In this document: piece by piece, positions 54,212 through 64,000 of the stretch | Layout of the letters: the number at the start of each line of letters is the position of its first letter | How positions within the stretch are numbered: position 1 is the first letter of the stretch | NCBI GenBank assembly: GCA_964016885.1 | Contig: OZ024744.1 | Location: 20,150,001-20,214,000 of the forward strand | From: Eledone cirrhosa | Taxonomy: Eukaryota | DNA: 64,000 nt | Direction: 5' to 3' | Made by a program: the position numbers and the translations under genes | Notes under the pieces: model-generated | Told to the model about the DNA's origin: nothing | Databases searched by the model: none | What the model saw: only the letters and a program-made list of their open reading frames with translations

Positions 54212-54245
<34 letters not shown>

Positions 54246-54380
54246 CACACACATACACACACACATATATACACATATATATGTGTATATATGTATATAC
54301 ATACACATACATATACACATACATACACACATAAATATCAACATATCCATACATACACATACATATATACAACCACACAC

Positions 54381-54470
<90 letters not shown>

Positions 54471-54473
<3 letters not shown>

Positions 54474-55376
54474 AGACGTAAAATAAGAAAATTATAAAAT
54501 TAACTTACTAAAATATCACTTCCAACTAATTAGTTTCTGGAATGGAGTAAATATATTTTCCGAAGAATAATAAAGAGAAGCATTCCGTCGTCAGGAAAGT
54601 CTATTCTCATGTAAATTTCCAGGTAAAGCGAGGACACTGGAAACTTATTAAAATTTCCATTCCAGAAACTAATTAGTTGGAAGTGATATTTTAATAAGTA
54701 AGTTAATTTTATAATTTTCTTATTTTACGTCTCTTATATTATTGTTCTGCAACCCCATGCATTGAACCACACTGTTATTAAGACAAAACCTATATATTTG
54801 CTAGCATTGATATGCATCTGTATGTATATATATGTTACTAGATATGAATTCTTTATTATTATCTCCAAATTATTTGTCGAGCAATATTGGCCATGACTGC
54901 TGCTACGGCTGTAGGCAGGCCGCTGTCTTATTAGCAAACCACTTTCCACTGATTGACCTCGATGTCACGTGTTCGATTCTTTTTGAATTTGCCACAGACG
55001 TAGAGGCAGTGATTTTCTCAATGGCTTGGAATTCAGTCTACGCTTCGCTATTTCCTATCCACTTAATTATTTTTTAATAAGTTTCCAGTGTCCTCGCTTT
55101 GCCTGGAAATTTACATGAGAATAGACTTTCCTGACAACGGAATGCTTCTTTATATTATTCTTCGGAAAATATATTTACTCCATTCCAGAAACTAATTAGT
55201 TGGAAGTGATATTTTAGTAAGTAAGTTAATTTTATAATTTTCTTATTTTACGTCTCTTATATTATTGTTCTGCAACCCCATGCATTGAACCTCACTGTTA
55301 TTGAGACAAAACCTATATATTTGCTAGCATTGATATGCATCTGTATGTATATATATGTTACTAGATATGAATTCTT

Positions 55377-55380
<4 letters not shown>
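54471..55380 (+). mobile_element. Non-coding hammerhead element, 523-bp unit with inverted 5' arm (family of 19990-20660)
   Basis: Direct repeat offset 523 (54661/55184). 54471-54652 is the reverse complement of about 55075-55260. HHRs lie at 54518-54600 (minus strand, CTGACGA) and 55125-55207 (plus strand, CTGACAA). (TA)n flanks the element. Confidence 0.85.
54518..54600 (-). ncRNA. Type I hammerhead ribozyme
   Basis: Minus strand: ACTTTC-CTGACGA-cGGAATG...CATTCCa-GAAA-CTAATTAG-TT-GGAAGT. Confidence 0.8.
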
Positions 55381-55430
<50 letters not shown>

Positions 55431-56310
55431 ATACAAGTTATAGATATATATATATCTCTAGTGTGTTACCTTTTCAACATATTGTATTTTAAAGAGCTCA
55501 GGATTTCTTCTCATTTGAGCACATTATTTACAGGGAACGGCGAGGCTCTATGGCTCAGTTAATGTATCGTGATATATATATGTATATACATATATATATA
55601 TATATAAACGGAAAAGATGAAACGAAATTTCATTTCGCACTCTTAGTACGGCTGTTACTTAAATATAAGTATGTATACGTACATACATATATGTATACAG
55701 ACGTACAGTAGTATGTACGTTTCATTTTTTCTGTTTATCGTTTTCGGTACCCCGGTCGATTAACTCACTCGATATGCAAATTAGGCTGCAACAGAGTTGA
55801 ACAATTTTGATTTAGATTAAATTCACTTTGATTTATCTTAATTGTGGATATAGATATATAAATACGGCTCCTTAATTGTAGAGGTAACTCTGTTGAAAGG
55901 ACTTGACTGCTGTTTCTAGTTGTCGATAACTCTATTCACGCCACTGGGGCGAAGTTGGTATGATGTGTGTATTTTTAGTAGATACAGCACGTGTTACTGG
56001 CCAGTCGCTGATTTGAACTTAATGCGTAAACACGGATGGCTGGACTTCTTCCTTGTTGAAAATCCAAGTATCGGCCTCCGTGGTTTACCATTCGATTAAT
56101 ATGTGGAATATATACAGGGAAGATTAATCATATTATAAAGTATCGATTTTTGAAGTTCTAGTTAACTTTATTTAGTTACCTACCTAGCTATGTGTGCTTA
56201 CACACTTGTAAACATTATCCCCTGTTTTTGTTTCATATGTTTATTTATATGTTAATCAATTTCTAGTTGTTATATATGTATATATATATTTATGTATATA
56301 TATATACGTT

Positions 56311-56512
<202 letters not shown>

Positions 56513-57625
56513 TATATAATATACATATATATATATATGTGATTATAATTTATGCGAGATTCGTATTTCTGCTATGGTCGAAAACAAAGCGATACGCAAT
56601 ATCCAGGTTATACTGGCAAGCGCATCTATGGACCAAATAGAAACCAGAGCAATAAACATAGGATATAAAGGCCCAACAAACTGATATGGCAGTCAAGAAT
56701 CCATCAAGCACCTAAGCCAAAAAGACGAGGCAAACAAAACAGGTCAAACATATATATATGTATATATATATATATAAATATACATATATATATGTTTGAC
56801 CTGTTTTGTATACGTACATACATATATGTATACAGACGTACAGTAGTATGTATATATATACATACATGCACATATATATATATATATATGCACGTATTGG
56901 TATACCGAACACTTATTATAATGCTCGGTTTGTTTGCAAAGAAACAAATAGCCTGAATTACGCCGTACAGTGTTTAGGCAACCACGTCACCTTTTTGTTC
57001 AACACTAACACAGGAACGATGTACTAGTTTCAAGCTTATTAGCTCTCGTCCGCATCGTAAACGATTGCCGTACTAAGAGTGAGAAATTAAATTTCGTTTC
57101 ATTCTATTCCATTATATATATATATATATATAAATATATATACGATATTAAACAAATGGAAACTATATTTATAAAACCATATTTATTTCGTTATATATAT
57201 TTCTGGGATATCATATTAAAAATATGTTACGCCTTCCTCAGACAAAATACAATACATAAGCTGTTTTATAAATAATTAGTGACATACCTTGTAATAATGC
57301 AACTTCCTTTTAAAAAGTTGATTTGGTAGTGAAACTGTTATGATAGTTATATAGAAAGAAAACGAAGATGAGAAGAAGAAGGTGAAGAGATGTATGTAAA
57401 TAAAAAGAAGAAGATGAAGAGATGTATGCAAAGAGAAAAGAGATGTATGTAAAGAAAAACAACGGAGCGAGATAGAGAGACAAGGATAGAGAGAAATACA
57501 TTGATGGTGAAAAAAAACAAAAAAAACATAGTAGGTTGCCTTTTGACAGATGAACATCGTATATGTGAGAGGTTAAGGGAAGGGATACAGTTAATTCGCT
57601 GCATAGGAAAATACCCGGTGTTACC

Positions 57626-58804
57626 GGAGGTTTATATAGAGATGACATGCTTTTACTTATTGAAAATAATAACTCTGAACTAAATAAGAAAAGAAAACAA
57701 ATTATACAATTTTTTAATTACCTTAATCTAAAAATAGAAATTGAGAATAACCATAGAATAGTCAATTTCCTAGACGTAACATTTAATCTCAACACATGTC
57801 TTCACTATCCATTTCACAAGTTAAATGAAAACTTGAATTATGTCAATTTTAGCTCCAATCACCCCAGATCTGTCAAAAATACTATAGTAAACTCTGTTCA
57901 AAAACGTATCTCTAGAATCTCTTCCAATAAAAATATTTTTGACGAAAAAGCCCAATATTATAATGATGCTTTAGCTAGAGCAGGATATAGTGATAAAATT
58001 ATGTACATCGATAATAGACAAACTAACCAAAATAACAACAATTTTAATTACAGTAACAACTTTAACAACTATAATAGAAAGCACTACAATAATTTCAAAA
58101 ACCAGAAAAGAAATAGAACTAGAAATATAATATGGTTTGCCCCCCCCCCTTTCTCACTAAACATTAAAACCCACATCGCTAAACTATTTTTTAATGCTCT
58201 TGACAAACGCTTCCCTAGAACACATAAGTATCACTCAATTTTTAATAGACATACTATAAAATTAACGTACTCGTCCACCAAAAATTTAGCACAAAATATT
58301 AATAGAATAAATAATAGGAATCTAAAACCTAGCCAAAATACCGAAAATAGCCTAAACAATATTCAACTAAAAAACTGTAACTGTAGAGATAGATCTAAAT
58401 GTCCGCTAAATAACAATTGCTTAGTTAAAAATATAATATACAACTGTAATGTTAGAACTGATTTAAATTATTTTAATTATGTTGGTTCCACCTCGACAGA
58501 ATTTAAACTTCGCTATAATAATCACAAAAATTCTTTCACGGATCCAAATAAAAAATCCTCAACATCGCTGTCAGGGTTACTCTGGCAACTTAATCATGAT
58601 AAAGTTGGATATTCGATGGTTTGGAATATAGTTTCAAAAGGGATTCCTTTTAATTCCTCTTCTGAGACTTGTGACCTCTGCGTGGAGGAGATATTCTTTA
58701 TATTAAAATCTAAAAATTCCCTTAATTTACGAACCAATTTATTCAGCTGTTGCAGACATAGATTGAACTCAACATTTAAATATAAATATGAATTTAAAAT
58801 GTAG
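57626..58804 (+). pseudogene. C-terminal half of PLE RT + GIY-YIG (open frame, N-terminally truncated)
   Basis: GGLYRDD, VNFLDV, SNHP, CNCRDRSKCPLNNNC, NIIY..YVG, CDLC and CRH; homologous to 48278-49686. Confidence 0.9.
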
Positions 58805-60039
58805 TATAAAATGTAGTATATTTACTTAAGGTATTTGACTATTTGTGATACTTGGCGATAAATCTTTCGATTCCTTCAATTTTTTTAAAACCTTTCCGCA
58901 TGAATATATAATTAATGAGATTAAATAAACTACCATAAAATTGGCGTTGGTCCCAATCTTTTGAATACATTTTTAAGCTGGATAAACTTCTATAATAAAT
59001 ATAAGAGCATTTGTAGAATAAGTTTTGAATGATTTCTGATAGATAAGGCTTGGTGAGCAATTTTGGTCTTGTTTGCTTTTGACTCTGATTCTATGACCGA
59101 TATGCGTGGCATACTATGTTCTCTTGCGTCCCTAGATACTCTGTGGAGTGACGAAGATATTCTTGGCGTTTTTAATTTTAATATTGATATCTGTTGTCTA
59201 CTCTATGCTTGATCGATGATTATTTTAGATGTTAATGTATATCTTATATGTTTTGTGTCTATATATATGTATATATGTATGTAAATGTATGTAGGGTGGA
59301 ATCTCTTCTAACGCATTGAAGTTTTTCTTTTCTGACACATTGAAGTTTTTCATGAAATATAAGAATCAGTGCAGCGTATCACCTAGGTTCACATGTGCGT
59401 CTATATTTATCAACTTGAATTTGAGATAACCTTCTCTTTTCTCATTTTTCACGAGAATGCATATATACTTATGTTTGAAGTTTTGTCTCAGATTTTACTT
59501 ATAGACCTAAGAATTTTTAAACTGAGCATGTGGTCACTTTTTTTTACACATTATAGATATGTGTCTCATTCATGAATACTGATATTTACATTATAATGCC
59601 TAATTCATAAAAATTGATAATTCAAATGGATGAGATATAATATATTTTTAATATATTTTAAATATATCATCTTTCTTTCTTTTTTCTCCTATACACTAAT
59701 CTAACTGTATCCCTTCCCTTAACCTCTCACATATACGATGTTCATCTGTCAAAAAGCAGCCTACTATGTTTTTTTTTTCACCATCAATGTATTTCTCTCT
59801 ATCCTTGTCTCTCTATCTCGCTCCGTTGTTTTTCTTTACATACATCTCTTTTCTCTTTGCATAGATCTCTTCATCTTCTTCTTTTTTATTTACATACATC
59901 TCTTCACCTTCTTCTTCTCATCTTCGTTTTCTTTCTATATAACTATCGTAACAGTTTCACTACCAAATCAACTTTTTAAAAGGAAGTTGCTATATTACAA
60001 GGTATGTCACTAATTATTTATAAAACAGCTTATGTATTG

Positions 60040-60105
60040 TATTTTGTCTGAGGAAGGCATAACATATTTTTAATATGATATCCCAGAAATATATATAACG
60101 AAATA
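60040..60105 (+). ncRNA. Type I hammerhead in PLE pseudo-LTR
   Basis: TATTTTGT-CTGAGGA-stem II (CATATT/AATATG)-GAAA(60086)-TATATATA-ACGAAATA. Confidence 0.75.
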
Positions 60106-60248
60106 AATATGGTTTTATAAATATAGTTTCCATTTGTTTAATATCGTAAACCTACTCCAGAAACTGTCGAGTGCTTTTATATCAGTTATAAAATATTTAC
60201 TCGTTGTAACCCAACAATCTTAAATAAAACTGTTGCATATATATATAT

Positions 60249-60712
60249 ACGATATTAACAAATGGAAAGTATATTTATAAAACCATATCTATTTTATTAT
60301 ACATATTTCAAGGATACCATGTTAAATTATGGTATGCTTTCATCACACAAAATACAATATGTACCAGTTTTATAAATAAATAAATATTGACACACCCTTT
60401 CAAAATGCAACCGTTACTTTTGGAAGACATCGGGATATACCTATGTCTTCCGAAAGTAACGGTTGAATTTTGAAAAGTATGTCAATATATATTTATTTAT
60501 AAAACTGGTATATATTGTATTTTGTCTGATGAAAGCATACCATAATTTAACATGGTATCCTTGAAATATGTATAATAAAATAGATATGGTTTTATAAATA
60601 TAGTTTCCATTTGTTAATATCGTATATTTACTCCAAATGCTTGTCGAGTGCTTTATATCAGTTATAAAAATATGTGCTTGTTGTATCCCAACATTTTAAA
60701 TAGAACTTTTGC
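60249..60712 (+). mobile_element. Fold-back solo pseudo-LTR with hammerhead
   Basis: Imperfect palindrome 60249-60624 centred at about 60437. The HHR at 60518-60582 reads TATTTTGT-CTGATGA-AAGcATACCAT...ATGGTATcCTT-GAAA-TATGTATA-ATAAAATA. Confidence 0.85.
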
Positions 60713-60780
60713 ATATATATATATATATATATATATAAATATATATATATGTATATACATATATATATATATATATATAA

Positions 60781-60843
<63 letters not shown>

Positions 60844-60937
60844 TATATATATATGTGTGTGTATGTGTACACACACATTTACATTCACACACCCACACAT
60901 GTATATATATATATCTATATATATATATATATATATA

Positions 60938-61019
<82 letters not shown>

Positions 61020-61444
61020 ATACACCCCAGTGCATATGTGAAAGTCTCATTTTATTCATTGTTTCGTATATACCTTCATTGTTTTATATATAACTTAATG
61101 GTTTTAAAAAGTACGATCCTCGCAGTGAAAAGAAATAAATGAAATCCTATTTTTGTTATTTTCTACCTACACAGTTAAATCATGAGATATTCTATAACGT
61201 GTTTCACAGTTAGTTGATTGTTCATCATAATCCAAGTACTTTACCCTTCCGCCCACGAAGAGAACTTAGAGCAAACTGCTGTTTATATGAAACATAAACC
61301 GTAACGATTTACTTGACATATCAGGAGTGTATTTAAATTACAATGTGATTATGTTGACAATACAATACTACATGATGAATTAAAAATCTGGACAACAAAT
61401 AAATGAGACGCAATCACATGGCAATCAATTTTGAAGAAGGGTAT

Positions 61445-64000
61445 TAAGAACAAACTCGTTTTCAACAACAGTTGGATTTTAAGATAAAACTTGTTTTAAC
61501 AACAGGTGATTCTTAAGAACCGATTCGTTTTAACAACTGTTGAATCTTAAGATTAAAACTCGTTTTAAAAACGGTTGAATCTTAAGAACTGGTTCGTTTT
61601 AACAACAGTTGAATCTTAAGATAAAACTTGTTTTAACAACAGTTGAATCTTAAGAACTGCCTCGTTTTAAAAACAGTTGAATCTTAAGAAAAAACTCGTT
61701 TTAACAACAGTTGAATCTTGAGATAAAACTCGTTTTATCAACAGTTGAATCTTAAGAACTAAATCTTTTTATCAATAGTTGAATCTTAACATACATTCAT
61801 TTTAACAACAGTTGAATCTTAAGATAAAACTCGTTTTAACAACAGTTGAATTTTAAGATAAAACTGGTTTTAACAACAGTTTAATCTTAAAATAAAACTA
61901 GTTTTAACAAGAGTTGAATCTTAAGAACAGACTCGTTTTAACAACAGCTGAATTTTAAGATAAAACTCGTTTTAACAACAGTTGAATCTTAATATAAAAC
62001 TGGTTTTAACAACAGTTGAATCTTAAGAACTGACTTGTTTTGACAACAGTTGAATCTTAAGAAAAACTAGTTTTAACAACAGATGAATTTTAAGATAAAA
62101 TTCGTTTTAACAACAGTTGAATCTTAAGAACTGATTCGTTTTAACAACAGTTGAATCTTAAGAAAACCATTGGTTTTAACAACAATTGAATCTTGAGATA
62201 AAATTCGTTTTACCAACAGTTGAATATTAAGAACTAACTCGTTTTATCAATAGTTGAATCTTAACATACATTCATTTTAACAACAGTTGAATCTTAAGAT
62301 GAAACTCGTTTTAACAACAGTTGAATGTTAAGATAAAACTGGTTTTAACAACAGTTTAATCTTAAAATAAAACTAGTTTTAACAACAGTTGAATCTTAAG
62401 AACTGACTCGTTTTAACAACGGTTGAATCTTAAGAACTGACTCGTTTTAACAACAGTTGAATTTTAAGTTAAAACTCCTTTTAACAACAGTTGATTCTTA
62501 AAAACAGTCTCGTTTTAACAACAGTTGAATCTTAAGATAAAACTCGTTTTAACAACAGTTGAATGTTAAGAACTGACTCGTTTTAAGAACAGTTGAATTT
62601 TAAGAACTGACTCTTAAGATAAACATTCTTAAGAACTGACTTGTTTCAACAACAGTTGAATTTTATGATAAAACTCGTTTTAACAACAGTTGAATCTTAA
62701 GAACTGACGCGTTTTAACAGCATTTGAATCTGAAGAACTAACAAGTTTTAACAACAGTTGAATCTTAAGATAAAACTGGTTTTAACAACATTTGAATCTT
62801 CAGATAAAACTCCTTTTAACAACAGTTGTATATTAATATCTGACTCGTTTTAACAAAAAATAAATCTTAAGATAAAACTTGTTTTAACAACAGTTGAATC
62901 TTAAGATAAAATTCGTTTTAACCACAGCTGAATCTTAAGAACTGACGCGTTTTAGCTGCATTTGAATCTGAAGAACTGACTAGTTTTAACAAGAGTTGAA
63001 TCTTAAGAACTGACTTGTTTTAACAACAGTTGAATTTTAAGATAAAACTCGTTTTAACAACAGTTGAATCTTAAGATAAAACTCGTTTTAACAACAGTTG
63101 CATTTTAAGATAAAACTCGTTTTAACAACAGTTGAATCTTAAGATCTGACTCGATTTAACAACAATTGAAACTTAAAATAAAACTCGTTTTAACAACAGT
63201 TGAATCTTAAGAACTGACTCGTATTAAAAACAGTGGTATCTTAAGATAAAAGTCGTTTTAATAAAAATTGAATCTTAATAACTGGCTCGTTTTAACAACA
63301 GTTGAATCTTAATAACTGACTTTTTTTAACAACAGTTGAATCTTAAGAACTAACTCGTTTTAACAACTGTTGAATCTTAAGATAAAACTCGTTTTATCAA
63401 CAGTTGAGTCTTAAGAAGTGACTTGTTTTAACAACAGTTGAATTTTAAGATAAAACTCGTTTTAATAACTGTTGAATCTTAGGACTGGCTCGGTTTAACA
63501 CCAGTTGAGTCTGAAGAAGTGATTCCTTTTAACAACAGTTGAATCTTAAGATAAAACTCGTTTTAACAACAGTTGAATCTTAAAGATAAAACTCGTTTTA
63601 ACAACAGTTGAATCTTAAGAACTGACTCGTTTTAACAACAGTTGAATCTCAAGATAAAACTCGTTTTAGCAATAGTTGAATCTTAAGAACTGACTCGTTT
63701 TAACAACAGTTGAATCTTAAGATAAAACTCGTTTTAACAACAGTTGAATCTTAAGAACTGACTCGTTTTAACAACAGTTGAATCTTCAGATAAAACTCGT
63801 TTTAAGAACAGTTGAATCTTAAGTACTGACTCGTTTTATCAACAGTTCGACCTTAAGAACTGACTTGTTTTAACAACAGTTGAATCTTAAGAACTGACTC
63901 GTTTTAACAAGAGTTGAATCTTAAGATAAAACTCGTTTTAACAACAGTTGAATCTTAAGAACTGACTCATTTTCATAACAGTTGAATCTTAAGATAAAAC
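61445..64000. repeat. 34-bp satellite with two variants, running off the window end
   Basis: GTTTTAACAACAGTTGAATCTTAAG-[ATAAA or AACTG]-ACTC, head to tail with no spacers. Confidence 0.97.

Larger units (their letters stand above)
57141..60240 (+). mobile_element. 5'-truncated PLE (Hydra-like) with inverted pseudo-LTR
   Basis: 57141-57593 is the reverse complement of 59701-60147. The coding region resumes at GGLYRDD (about 57626). HHRs lie at 57184-57249 (minus strand) and 60040-60105 (plus strand). Confidence 0.9.

Noticed and set aside
55790-56260. Higher-complexity stretch as a possible host exon
   Set aside because: The frames I translated by hand on both strands hit stops within about 60 codons and gave no recognisable domain; a small exon cannot be excluded without RNA data.
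61445-64000. GTTTTA...AAAAC units resembling type II CRISPR repeats
   Set aside because: The units are head-to-tail 34-mers without spacers, so the resemblance is superficial.

Overview
AT-rich eukaryotic, repeat-saturated DNA with no host gene that I can support. The SINE types and the density of (TA)n tracts suggest an invertebrate, probably a cephalopod, but this is inference. The window contains three satellites (10 bp at 0.35-1.1 kb, 50/47 bp at 2.3-18.4 kb, 34 bp at 61.4-64 kb), RTE LINE fragments, tRNA-derived SINEs and at least seven Penelope-like retroelement (PLE) copies or fragments. Most ORFs in the supplied track are microsatellite artefacts. The main hidden signal is RNA. Between 19 and 61 kb I read by eye about 24 type I hammerhead ribozyme (HHR) motifs with an intact CUGAnGA...GAAA core and paired stems, plus about a dozen decayed ones. 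Eight of them lie in a 310-bp non-coding tandem array with an inverted 5' arm (43.37-46.09 kb), a retrozyme-like element predicted to release 310-nt monomers. Other ORF-less HHR families have units of about 466, 512, 523-544 and 741 bp. They share an architecture of (TA)n, an optional inverted piece, more than one unit, then (TA)n, and lie next to RT/GIY-YIG PLEs whose pseudo-LTRs carry similar ribozymes, some with 95-116 nt stem II regions. All structures were paired by hand; ribozyme activity and expression are untested.
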